From NCBI GenBank assembly GCA_973851085.1, contig OZ316776.1, positions 6,386,001 to 6,450,000 on the forward strand: a stretch of 64,000 bases of DNA, read 5' to 3'. The translations under genes and the position numbers were made by a program. The notes under the pieces were generated by a model. That model worked only from the letters and a program-made list of their open reading frames with translations. It made no database searches and was not told the origin of the DNA. Source of the DNA: Ptychomitrium polyphyllum. Taxonomy: Eukaryota. Positions 13,991 to 28,033 of the stretch are shown in pieces (position 1 is the first letter of the stretch; each line of letters opens with the position of its first letter).

Positions 13991-16900
13991 GAATTGTAAA
14001 AAACAAAAAGTAAAAAAAACGATAAAAGAAAAAGATTTTGAAAACAAAATGTGGACAAATGAATGAATAAATAGACAATATTATATTATAGAGATTGATT
14101 TTGTAATTTGTACAAAAATTTAAAATTAATTCGAATAGAAATTTATGATGAATAAATTATTTACTATAGCTTTTTGGTTTTAAATAATATTTTCATTTTC
14201 ATCTTCAAAATCATCTTCTATACATTATTTAGCTAAAATTAGATAAAAATAAAGGTGAATAATTTTGAATGTTCTATTTTTTATTTTATATGCCTAAATT
14301 TGAATTATGTAGATGTAAAATTTTAATTATTTTGTAAAGGTATGTAGAATGTTTGATTTAAATGGAGAGTGAAAAACTAAAAAATTGAGAGTGATGAATA
14401 GTAATTTTGTCCAACATATCTCCATAATGAACAAATTTATCATGTTTTGAATTTTATAGTTTATTTTTTGAAGACTTATAGATGTAAATGGCTATAAATT
14501 AATATCAAAAATACTTAAAAGGTGCCTATTTGTGAATTTTAAGATAGTGAAGTACAATGGTTTTTTTAAATCATAAGTTTTTGTAAATGTAACATATGGT
14601 GATGTAGGGAATTAAAATTAAAATTAATAATTATCTCTATACATATATTCTAAATGGAAAAAAAACTTAGATAAAATCTTTTTATTAAGAATATGACTTA
14701 ATTTGATGAAATACAATTTCGAATTTGAACTTCAACTATTAACAAAAAATTCCAAAATCAAAGCCAAAGCAACTTTAATCAAATTATGTAGAAATTGAGA
14801 ATATTGATTTATATATTTTTAAATTTTTTGAAACATTTATGTAATAATGACAAGAATCATGACAAAATAATTTTCTTAATTGATTGCCCTTTGTCTAACT
14901 TTTTAAAGTATTGCAATTAATTTGTATTCTTTGCTATTATTTTATTCAAAATTCTAGCTAGTATTACATAGAACCTATAGTTTTGGATTTTCAAAAATAA
15001 TCTTACACTATATAAAAATGTATTAAATAAGTCTTTTAAAAAATATTATTTTATAATTTTTGTAGTGATTTTTCTAAGCCAACATATCAAATTATATTGT
15101 TCTAAGTGAATTGAACAAATCAATATCATTGCAATGTTTGTTATAATTGTTTCCATTCTTTATACAAATTTCATAATAAATTGAAATTTTTAATCCTTTT
15201 ATTATATTATATATATAAAAATACTAAAAAAAATCTTTTTGTTTTGTTTTTATTATGATATATTTAAAGCATTTAGTTTAAATAAAAAAAGTAGTATAGT
15301 GCATGCAATAAGTATCAGAGATTGGAAAAATTGATGTTTAATATAAACCAATATGCCTACCATCACATCTTTGATGTGAAAATATATATTTTTGTATAAT
15401 TATAATAATTAAAAAATATGATAAATAACAAATAATAATAGTAAAAATAAGTTTATAAGCTGCAAACGGATCTAAGCTATAGTATTATATGTTGTAGTAC
15501 GTAAAAGAATCTAAAAATGAAGGCCATAAGGTGCAATTTGACTTTTTTTAAAATACCAAATTGAAACTTGTTATAAAAGTAATACAAACATATTAGTAAA
15601 AATAAACTTTTTATAAAACAAAAATATTTTTTAAAATGGCTTTTAAATGTCCAAAATTGGTACAAATAGTACAAAATAGAATGTCCAAAATCAAATTCTA
15701 TTATATTAAAATACTTGCTAAATCTTTGCAAATATTTAGGATCAATGCAAGGTTTTTGTTTAAAAACTTAAATTATCAATTATCAATAGTTTAAGTTCAT
15801 GATTAATTTGGATGATAAAATAATCACGATGATCATGTGTCTTGTTTGAATAACAAATCTACAAATATATCACAAGCAAGATCTTATACATTGTATTTTT
15901 GTTGATTGTTTGGTAATTTAGATTTGATAATGAATGCACTAGAAGTGTGATTTAGTATTGATTAGACCAATTTTCTTAAAAATGTTGGAACTTTTTATTT
16001 TAAGTGAAGTTTTTTACCAAATACATTCAATGTCTTTGCTCTTGGTAAAAATTGCATCATTTGCAAAAGTTTATAAGCTTAAGTTAATAGTGTGGATAAA
16101 CCAGAATACACTTTCAGTGTGAAGAATGATTATAGCATTATATAACAAAGGAATTGTTATCAACAATAAAAAGAATAAGGAAAAACGGAGGTAGAGAGGT
16201 CTTTTGGTTTCTGTGAAACTGCAGAAGAATTGGTCTATGATGTGTTGTTAACATAAACAAAGTTCTGTAAGATAAAATAAAATAAATCATCTGTGCAATC
16301 TACATGTTGATTCAAACCAATTCCTATTATTGGCTGCACACGCCTTTAACCCTCCGTCATTGTAATCGGCCTTGTCGGTGGGTCAACATTCCTCCACACC
16401 TTACTGCATAAGGAAAGATGCGCTTGCTCATGATTATTTAAACTAGAATTTCTAACTTTTCCAAATGACAAAAAAGTATTCTAACTTCAAATGCGGTGAT
16501 TTTACCTGGTGAGTGCTCGGAAGATAACCTTAAGCCAACAAAACCAACTCCAACTGTAACTTCTTGCAACTTGCATGCTACAATTGTTTGCTGAAAGCTG
16601 TTGAGAGCTCAAAAATCTTGTCAGATTCAATCCTCTGCATACACAAAGTAGGTCTTGCGCATTTAGCCAGCTTAATAAATTTGGCTGACACTCGTAGATC
16701 CTGAGGACGAAATTCCAAATGAATAGATGATGCTGCCGGGTGATCTAGATGAACAGCTGAGCGTCAAATACTAAAAAACTCAAATTTTATATGTTATGTA
16801 GGAGTGTTGTTGGTGTAGTTTCTGCTCCCTACTACCCTCTTAAATATGTAAGAATAAACATGGTCAAACAAGAGATCCGTTATCTGCGGTTCTGTTCGTT

Positions 16901-19900
16901 AACGGTGCGTTTTGCAAGTCTTACTACACAGTGACTCTATTCAACAACCTAGACAGCGCTTAATTCTCATTTGTGGTCCCAATCTGCGTCACAAGCCTGG
17001 ACCTCAGTACTTGGTGCAGTTCGCCCACCTGGACCTTCAGGTCGGAAGGAGGGCAGAACTAGAAGCACAGCGGAAGAATAACATTATAAAAAGAGGACAA
17101 CCACGTCAGAAGGTGATTGTACCGGGCCATATCTGATGCCCATGTCAAAGCAGCTGTCAAGCCTTTTGATCAATTCAGAGTCAGACAGTCTTTGCTAATT
17201 GTAACGACAGCCTTTGTTTCAGTTAAAGGAATCATTGTTAAGCTTTCATGTTGTAAGTGACTTCCGAATTGATCTGACCTTTACAAATGATGCAGGTAAT
17301 GTACTCGAAGAAAGACAACCAGAACCGTGATCTAATATGTACTTCTTAGAGGCCATTCTAACCTCCATTCCATCTATTACTAGTAAGCATGAAGTTCATT
17401 CTCAGATAAGCTTAACATGGAGCGGCAAAGATAAATTCAAACTCGTTTTCACGCTGACGGGAAATAACGTGAGGTCATTAAATATCGCGATTCACAGCCA
17501 ACTAGCGAGGAGTTCATTGTTTCAGCTGCTTTTCTCTATTATACATAGATATAATAAATTTGTTAGAGTGAGTAACGAGTTGCAAACTTGCAACACTGCC
17601 ATTCAATAACTTAGGATGCAGGGACTCTACCTGTATATTATCGTTTAAGGCTTCAGCTCTTCACTATCGGCGTCCCCGATCGGAATAGAAATAGCACAGC
17701 AAGTGCAATTACTGGAGCTCACCTGCAGTTACAATTCCAGGCACTGGCAGATAAGCTACAGTACGGAAAGAAATAGCTAGAGTTTCAAAAATGAAATTGA
17801 AAAGAGGCTGCGCCCTGCATAGCTCCTGCATGTGCAAGTGCAGCTGCAGAGGACGATTGAACTTCTACACTAAACCCATTGTACACTTGATTTGAGTATT
17901 ACTCGAACTTGACGAGATATGCAATATACTGCCATCACAGCTCGATGATGAATTACGAAAGGTACTGTACAGTTTAGAGCTCGTTTGGAGTTAATCTGTT
18001 TATATACCGGACATCCCATCGTGCTTAGAACGATGGTTTGGGAATGATACCCTTGAGGCATGTCTGCAGGAAAGGTCTACAGTATCCTGGGATATAGTCT
18101 CGGATCCAAACATACAGCAAGTTCCGCAAAAACCACAGCCAACGTACAATGTACAGAAGTTCAAAAACATCTCCAATTCGACCAAAAAACCTCTCGAAAG
18201 GACGTAGGAGTACAAACTGAGACACCCCTAGAAGAGTACAAAATTAAGAAAGCATTTCTTATCATCTACTCTCTTGTCTACAACTGGCAAATGGCAATGT
18301 ACCCGTACGCGTCCTGAGACAAATGAAACTGGCCGCCGGCTCAGAACGTCACAACTTCACTGCAATTTCTTGCTCAGTTTTCTGCTTGATGGTGACTGTC
18401 GATAGCAGAATATATGATTTATTGCTCTCCTAGCCGTTAAAATACATTTCTCCCCATATTGTACAGACGCACAGCGTAGATCCAGCTCAGCTGTACCACA
18501 GCTACACTAGCTGGCAGTTCCAGAACCTACAAGCATCACGTCAATGATGTAAGGTCATTCACATACAGTACTGCAGTGGAAGACGTCTATAGATAACAAT
18601 TTGAGAGCGCACATGAATTAAATACTTTACCAAGCATCATATGCAGTAATGAAAAAGAAGAGCGGCCTGCGTGGTTGCTCTCTTACAAACTAGATTTTAT
18701 TCTGTCAGTTTGTTAGCTACCATAAATTCTGGCGACTGAAGAGTTCCGATGAGTAAATCCAAGTCTATGTGTTCTGGTTTGCGTCCATCGTACAAGAGCC
18801 CGTGTCTACGTCCGTAGGAACGGACTGACACTGAGGATTCTGACAATTCTGAAAACAGAAGCAACCTAGGGACCCATCATACGGAAATCAATTTCAGTTA
18901 TATGACACACTAATATGTCTGCAATCATCAGACAACAAATTTAAAATGACCCCCAAATTCCGCAACACCAGCTAGCAGTTCATTTCTCGTCGGAGCTCCT
19001 ACACTTTTAGATGATTTTGAAAGGAGAATCTGAGGTAGATAATACCTTGAGTGGTTGCAATCGTGGCCAATTCTTCTGTTGGGATAGCTTGAAATTGAAC
19101 TAGTGATGGTGATCGAATTGCATGAACAGGCTCCAGGTTGTAAATGTCGATTTAATAGGATCATCATTAGAGATCACAAAAGCAGGTGGTGGGAACGATT
19201 TTGGATAAGCAACGGACTTGTTTTGCTCAAGATTAATTTAAGCAGCAATGTGAATTTACCTGTCTAACCTAGAGCCGGGAACAGTGAGAGAGAAAGAGAA
19301 TGAGGATGCGATGCTTACGAGAGGCGACCCTGCAAAGTACGATTGATCCTCACAACTAGATTGTATTGGGCTTCAGCAGGGTACACACAACGGTTAGAAT
19401 GCACATCATCGAAACTTGTGACGATAGTATTTTGCAGCGTCGAACGCAACAGCTGCCAAGGACGGTGGCAGCATTCCAAAACTTCGAAGCGACTGTCGAC
19501 CATGGGCCGCTACTGCTCCTTAAACTCTTAATCAAGAGTTGATGCAACTTCTTGTTGAGGATGTCTCTGAAGCGTCCGCCCCATCCTTCGTAGCCTATTT
19601 TCTCTTCTAGCATCTGCTGGAACCTTTTGTAAGTGATCACCCAAATCGAAGTCGAGGCAGTCAACCATAGCATGTGTTCTGCTGGTGCCAAGAGGCTTTT
19701 GGCGCCAAGCGATACCTGTGTTCAGTGTAGCAGACTTTGCAGTCCTCTCGTTTCTCCTGAAGCGGATGAACTAACTGCACATGGCCCCTTCATTGCTGCG
19801 CTCCTCCACAGATCGCTACAATTAAGTGCAAAGCTCGAGTTTGAACCACAGAGCAAGAAAGAAACCTAGAGTAGAAACGAGTACGATCGAATCACAGACA

Positions 19901-22708
19901 ACACAGTGAACTCACTTGGAAGACGTTGCTGTTGTTGCTGCTGCGTTCTAGCCGAACGTACTCCGTTTTCTGATAATCTCTATCCTAATCCGCATCTGTT
20001 CAGGGTAGTGTCTGTCCTGGTGAGAGTGAAGCCAAAGTCGGCATTTAATCTCGGCGACAGTAACGGTGGCACTCGACAAAACTTGCCCACATATTTGGCT
20101 ACCTTCACGACTCATGAGTTTGTCATTTTGTCGAGGGCTCCATTCCCCTGTTTGTAGGGCAGGCTGCATATGTTCGCACCCTAGCCTCTCATTGCCAATA
20201 GAAAAACGATTAACACGATTCCGCCAGAAGGATATTCCGGCATTTAATGAAAACTATAATACAGTTCCAAAGCAGCGTATGGCGGTCAGAGCACGCAGTT
20301 GACCCAACAATTATGCAATTCAATAATGCAATTGTCCACTCCGGAGGCGATCGATTGCAGTTTGAACCAACGACTTGAGATTGAAAACGGACATAACAGT
20401 CTTCAGAAACTCACTCTCAGCTTGGAACACGGAATTCAATAATAAATGAGGGCATGTGAGGACTAATTTGGTGACTCGATGTATAAATTTTCTAAATTTA
20501 TAGCGTTCTTTAACAGTATGACCTACATCACTACTAGTGTATATAACGTTTAGCAAACTTCAAGCCTTTGGTGAAGGTGTGAAATATATTTTAATATTGT
20601 TCATCATGGTGTAGGGTCATCTATCTACTGAGTGTTATGCTTCAATGAAATAAGGTTATGAGAATGGAATTGGACCTTTGGTTGGTGGATTATCATTTTG
20701 AGAGAGTGATTCAGAGGGCTCACTGACATACGGACAGAGAAAAATGTTTGAGCTGATTGATCGATTCTGGCAACGACTGGCATGTCGTTGCCAGAATTGA
20801 TCACCATTTTGATGGATTGAGCTCTCATTCTTAAAATGAAACAAAGTAATCAATCATCTCCTACCGTCGCCTTACCAAATGATTCGATCGTCTTCAGGAG
20901 CACATGTTCAAATCAGATTTCAGCCATAACTGCCTTCGGCTAGCACGCACTCCTATTGCGCTGCAGACACGGACGTTGTTGTGTCCTCTGTCGTGATCGG
21001 CGCTCGACTTCAAAGCGAAGCACGCCGACATCAAGAAGTTGCAGGCCCACATAACTGAGCTCTTAAGATCAGCTACTAACTCTTCTGACAAGCACATGCG
21101 CACCGCATGCATGAGCATGTCAGACATCAGCCTTGATGAGGAGACGCCATGTCGATCCAACCCTTGCACGACGCCAGAGCAAGAATCAAGCTCATTGGGT
21201 ACACTCAGACCACGACCAAATAAGGTCGCCATGTGAACACCGGAGGAACTCTCTCAGGGATTGAACCAATTCTAGAGCACGAATCTGTGAAGTTGTCAGT
21301 CAAACTCATCAGAAGCGAGGTCGTCGACTTTGTCGCCAACTTTGCTGTCTCTCCCGATGTCAACAAGAACCAGAAAAAGTTGCAAGGGTACAATGTGACT
21401 TCACGTGGCTTCACAGGTGATCTCCTTTTGTTCAGTGTGTACGTCATAGGCTATCTTTCTGCCGATCCAAGCAACGAAGGAATTATAACGCTCCTAACAA
21501 ACAAAAGCCAATAGGTTGGTGTAGAAATTTAAGCGGCTGAATGAAGATACAAATTAAAAGGTTCACGATAATCTTCATGATTCCGTAAACTTCTTCATCG
21601 TCATTTTAAGATCATTTTAACATCATTCACATGTAAAGACATCTCTTGTTTCCTAACAACAGTTCAGCTAACGTCATCCTAACATCAAAGTGACTTGCCT
21701 TCTCAAGTTCCTAATGCCCTTCTCTGGTAACAGTTAAGACTTAAAGAGAACGTAAAGTGGCGAAAATGCAACAAAGCTGGCAACAATCTCATCGCTGGAG
21801 ATTTACTAACACAGGCCAAACAACTGATGAATGATCATTATGACATAATGAACCAGGTGGAGTTTGTTTGAAAAAATTTCGTATGCTATCTAACTGATTA
21901 CCAGGTGATAATCAGGTGATGCTCAGATGGGAATCTCAGGAACGTGGAGACATTTCCGAAGTCCTGAGTCATACCTCTTTGCAACGAAAAGAAAGTAGAA
22001 AAACAACTCAGGAGAAAAACTACTCAGAAGAAAAACTCTCAACCTCTATATTCCAATACCACCATTGAGCTTGAAGTCAACTTTTAACTTCAGCCAATTA
22101 AACTCAACCACATTTACAGGTTACAGTATTGTTAAAATATACTCAATTCCAACTGCAAAATTCAACTGCATGCGTAGCACCGTAGCCCACAATTTGGTTG
22201 AAAACAAATTCAACTCCGGTTAAAGAATTCAACAGACCTCAACTCAGTTCAACACCCTGTAGCGCACCCTGTACCTCGTGATCGTGCTAAAATAAATTCT
22301 TCTTGACACTAGAGCTTGTAGGCAAGAGCACTCTAACAAGTAGTACAAGATTCAGTTGTTAAAAATCTTCAACCAAAACGCTTGCATGACGTTAGTGCTG
22401 TATTTGCGTAAACAATCAATCACAATCGAGATTGGTCTGCCAATAAAGAAAGGCAATAAATTACAGTATGTTTAAAATTTGTAACCAATGTCTGCTCAGA
22501 AGTCCTTTGACTCCCAAACCAACTTACTCTTACATATCTAGAGTCCTGATGGAAAATGTTACAATTTCATTGGGTGATGTGATGTGATGTGATGTAATGG
22601 CAGTGTAATTAGCAATTCAAATGTTCGCCTCCCACAAAATATTAAAATCTACAAGGGGAGCTGGCCGACAGGAAGCTAAGCTAAACCAAACAATGATCCA
22701 ATCCAAGG

Positions 22709-25700
22709 TTACCTCTCCCTGTCCCTTGCTGTATCACTCGATGCTGTGCCCCTCGGAGGACCATGGCCGGAGCTTTCTCGTCGCTCTTTACTGCTGTTGG
22801 GTTTTCCCAGCGCCACGAGTGTAGAAGAACCATCCAAAATTATGATATCTTCGTCCAAAGGAAGAGTATGCTTGGGACCGTCTATGGCAACCCCTGGAAT
22901 TAGGTTGGGATCAACACTTGGCCGACTGGGTTGTGCCTTGGGTGTTATATTGTGATGCACCTGGCTGACAGGTGATGGCTGTGTCCACGGGTCATTGCTG
23001 CTTGCAACGGTCTCATTCGTAATCGATGGCTGCCTCCACAGGTCACGGTCAGAGCTTGCTGGTGGTGCTGCTCTCCCAAGAGCTGAATTATCACTAAACT
23101 CGTTAGAACTTTCACCTGTTCGTGAGGTAGGTGGCTGTATCCACGGATCATCAACCACTGATAACGTACTCGCAACAGCTACATGGACGCCGATGTGTTT
23201 ATCATTCACTTCAACATTAGTGCTCGTGTGTGACCCAGTCTTCACGATATCTTGCTCAGTCAGGTGGCTCTGCACATCGATGTTAACCCTCAAAGATGAA
23301 ACCGTAGTAGAATCTTTTTCATTTCCTTCGTCATCACTACAAACTGGCGATGTGGGCTCAGCGGGGTCATCGAGACCGACGTTGTTTGAGTACAGATGTG
23401 GCACCTTCTCCTCGGGCAACTCCACAACAAGTTCAGGAGGTGGAACGTAACTAGCAGCAACTGGCTGTGCGGAGATAGCCTTTCCAGTTCCACCCTGGTT
23501 CTGCAACAAAGCCGTGTCTATAAGGGACTTGACCAAAGTTTCCTCAGTTCCTGCGTGAATTCTGTCCATTAGAGTTTCACATACATCAGAATCAGCATCT
23601 CCTGTCTCTTGGAGGAAATTATCCTCACAACTAGGGCCGTTTTCATTTTGTTGTACTGTAATAGGTGTCCGTGAGTTCTCATCAGCTACAGGTACACTTT
23701 CTTTCGGTTTCTTGGTGTCGCTTGGGATTTTAAGATCACCTTGGTCCTCCACGGATGCCTCACTTTCGCTTTCGCTATCGTTATCCTTCGTCGGTGTTGT
23801 CTTAGCGGCCTTAGATAGCTGTGCACTAAGTCGTGATATTTCTTCTGAAACATAATTTTCATCGTCCTCCTCGTCGTCGTCATCAGAGGATGCTGCTGCA
23901 ACTTGAGAATCCAGAAGCAGGAAAGGCCGCCGTTGAGTTTGGTTAGCATTTCGTATATCACGGAATGGAGAGCTTCTTGACTCACTTTCATCCAGAACAC
24001 GTTGTACTGAACGAATTGGAGTTGCAAGGCGTGCACCGTGATGGCTTATAACCTTCAACAAATCCAAGAGGATTATCTCCTGCAAAAGCCACGACATCAT
24101 GTAACGAAAGTCGAATCTGAAGCACGTGAGATGAATATTTATAAACAAGTGTCCAGAACGTGAAATAGTAAATCCGTTAGTATTCTGCAGAAACGCAGTT
24201 GGATTTGTAACTGACCTTAACACGCAGATATTCCTCGAAATGTGAAGTCTTCACGAAACAGGAAATCAAAATCTGCACACATGTAATATTAACATCATTA
24301 TTAGTGATTTAAAGATTCATGCGGAGTGATGTGCAAGACAAATCGGTTATTCCAGGGATAAGATAAGATTGAGCACTAACCATCAAAGCTTGATTCTCAG
24401 GATCAATTTGGTCAAAGAAGACACGGCGATGCAATCGCTGCTGTTCTACTTGAGGGTGCTTCGCCAAAACTTTCCTCATGTCTGCCACAATGGGCTGCAA
24501 AACACATCCCGCCTATTACAGATGAACTCGAACAATGCATTCCCTTCAACATGAAGTCTAGTAAAGACGCAAACCAGAAGGTAATCTGAAAGCCAAACTC
24601 CTTTAGCAACTGCGTTGGTGACGTTCATATGAATCTCTAACTTACTGTCATTTTGCTGACGTCGAGGTGGCTGATTCCCAGATGAGTTTTAATACGCCAG
24701 TGAGTCTTTTGGCTCAAATTACGGACAACACTCACACTGAACTTGTGGTTTGGAATGTGAACAGCTTCACGATCATCTCCTCGAATCACAGTTGGAGACC
24801 ACCACCCAACATGCTGTAAACATTTTCAACATCAAGTGTTAGTAGATTGAGCATTTTAGATTATGGGTGTCATAACTGTAATAAATACATCGGTTAATAT
24901 TTTGGAGCACCATTGACTCTCCAAAAAGGCTGTAACTCCAATCCCTCATTTACACAAACAAAACATAATGGAAGTCACAGAAGGAAATCGTCTCTTACTA
25001 AGGATAAGCTCATGATTGTCGTAGAAACCAAATAGCTACGCCACTCATAGTGAACAAATGGTGTACATAATTTTACGTATTAGCGCTTGACAGGACAGTA
25101 AAAATCGACCTATTCAAACATTACCTTTCGTGTTTGACATATCTCACTCTAAATACCGTAAGAAACGTAGTGTGATCATAGATGATGCTTTCAATCAACA
25201 ACAACTGTTAAATGCTGCGAGAGAGATACACACAACATGAAACTATTCATCCTGCACCATACAAGTCCATATTAGTGGGGAATGAAGTCATGAGCTCACC
25301 TCCACCGTACCAGATACTTCTTGACCCTCAATCTTTGTTTGTATCCATTCATTGTCGACAAATGGCCTAGTTGCATGTATCATGATGCTCGACAAAAAGT
25401 TTGTGAATATCTGCAACAAATAAAATCTAGAATTAGCTTCAAAACAAAAGTGAGAACAAGTAGCAGAAATATCTCAATCATCGGCATTTATAAATATCAC
25501 TGCAAAATATTCAAACGAAAACTAATAGAGCACTAACAAGAATTTTAACAAAGAAGTGAATGTCTTAATGAAACGCTTGAAAACTAAACAAATTCAAAAG
25601 GCTTCTACTACAGAACTGAACTATGATTTCTTGTCTATTATAAGATTTTGCCCCGATTGTTCAATTTTTAGTTATGGAACATACTTTCCTACAGCACCAT

Positions 25701-28033
25701 AGTGATAGAAGCTTGAAGAAAATACCTCTCGACCTGCAAGTGTGATAAGTACAGTTCCAAATCCTCCAGCTGTAATCCACTTCTGAGTCGAGAATCCCAA
25801 CAGCTCCATGAACAGGCATACTGCAGCTACCCAAACAGAAGTGTATACGGTGTTGCCAATGAATTGCACACCAACCTGCAGATAAAAGAAGCTACATTTG
25901 ATAAATATCTCATCCTATAAAACTATCAGGATAGCATCCACAAATTCAGCAAAAGAAAACAGTGATTTCTGTAAGCACTTCTGTCTCAACTTCTAGTGGA
26001 GAAATGTGGATATAGAAAAAGGCAGGCAACGAGAAACTTACGTTACGTGACTCTTCTATATCTTGGTTTTCCATCATAAATCGCTGTACCTGCTGCGTCA
26101 GACTGTGCAACAGACAAGCCTGTATGAATTAAATGAGCTCGCCATATCATCTACACAACATAGATACAGGTATTATACAAAAATTACTCTCACTGAGGTG
26201 CTTCTACCTTGCAGTGCAGAAGGCAAAGGCCAAAACGGTTGACAGTGACCGAACGAAGTTGACAAAGCGCTGTTTGATTGCTTGGCTCGCCTCTGTGCCT
26301 AAAACCACCGGATCAAATGCTCTGTATCACAGCCAAAGATCGATAAGAAAACAATCATCACCTTGGACAATATTAGCAGCCAAGTAATTGCAGAGTTAGG
26401 GCTGTAGTGAATCAAACAAGGTCTTTTGAAATCTTCACACCGACTAACATTGCAAGTCCACAACTAAACGACTGCTAAGTGCTCAAAACAACCACGAAAA
26501 TCTAATCATTAAGCAAACCTTTGTGCCTAGATACGGTACATGCTTCAAAGGTACCTGCAAATAAGAATAATTCCAATCCACAAAAATATAGGTCGCATGT
26601 AGGAGTTCATAATATTGTACGTACGGCTCTCATCCCACTTCTTATCATTCCTCTGCACGTATATATACCCATCAACATAGCTCCAGATCAGCAAGTTTAT
26701 CACTAACACTCACAGCAAGCATTTTTTAAATGAAGAGCTAGCACAGGGTCAGCACATAAAAATTCCTGTTTTGGGAGAAATTTAACAAGGACATGATGAA
26801 AAAACTAACACTTCAAATCCAGATTGTAAGAAAAAGAAAATAAAGGCTAAGATAACAATACTCGAGAATACCTTGAAGACTATTTTGCGTATAAGTCTGA
26901 TAGAAGGTCCCAAACCCCAAATCGAATATACCACAAGTCCCACAGCGGGGGCAACCTCAGCTACCAAAGGAGGACACACCTGAAACAGGTTGGCAGTCCT
27001 GAAACAAATCGTAAACCAAAACCCTCATAAAAAGAGAGCTCAAAATCCATGAAAACACTCACATTCCAGTATCACTTGTACATCCCAGATCCCACTCCTA
27101 TAGTCTCACAAACTGCCCAGTCTATATCGGAAATAAAATGCACTCCCTTTTCTTCCTTGAAATGCCTTGTTACAAGACTTATGCTTCCTAAAATATACGC
27201 ATCAAGCGATCAACTTAGTTTGTGCAAATTGATGGAATTTTCGTGCTGAAAATAACAAGGATTCGGAAACATACTGCAGACAAACGATTAACTGCAAACC
27301 ATATACATAAGTACTGATGTAGAGAACTGGCACCTTCTAAGAAGATGGGCACCATAAGTAACAAATATTACAGCAATCTGCTTGATTTCCTGCTCCATAG
27401 GAACAAGCCGAATAGAAGAGGCCATAATAGGCGAACGAACAGATCGCACGTGAGAGTTCCTCTTTGGGCTTAAAAGGTGACTCCATAACGGACAAGACAA
27501 CGCCCCTCCTCCCTGAAAGCTGCCCACCTGCTTCTACAATATTTACTGATCAATTGCAAACTCAAAGGAATCACAACACAATACGCTGGATTACCTAGAA
27601 ATTGCCCAGCACAATCAAGGGCTCTATAACATTGTTGCATTTCAAGATGAAACTGTAGCGTGTTGCATTTCACTGCATACAGAAAACATACCCTAGGATG
27701 TGACGCAATCATTAAACCACATCCCCGCAAAAGCCGACTATTCGAGACCACTTTGGGGCGTCGGACCTGTTACAAGAATACAACACTCAGAGTTCTTGCG
27801 CATAACATTTCAGATAACGTTTCAGATGCTACAAGAACAGAGTCGAAAATGACCATAGAAATACAACCATATACAATATCCGTACTCAAATAAAATGAAT
27901 TCAAGAACTCAAATTTTCACCATCCTCGCAGCACTGTCCAAAAGAATTTACTTACGGAGACGGAATAAGAACTAGCATGATAATCCCCCACGCCTGCAAC
28001 GCGCACAAGCTGCAGAGAAACCAGAGTCGCCAT
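22709..28033 (-). CDS. MSL2/3: Mechanosensitive channel of small conductance-like protein, plastid MSL2/MSL3 clade (880 aa)
   Basis: 12 GT-AG exons with consistent phases: 28033-27956, 27527-27334, 26998-26872, 26652-26555, 26321-26208, 26102-26042, 25875-25726, 25410-25300, 24813-24646, 24494-24381, 24272-24216, 24079-22709 (2643 nt). Motifs match Arabidopsis MSL2/3 as recalled: [86 protein letters not shown] and the C-terminal [17 protein letters not shown]-terminus is transit-peptide-like. Confidence 0.95.

Noticed and set aside
24080..24215. N-terminal part of the 504-aa ORF (MLRSVTNPT..)
   Set aside because: It is MSL intron 11 read through in frame; GT and AG sites and homology place the exon start at 24079.
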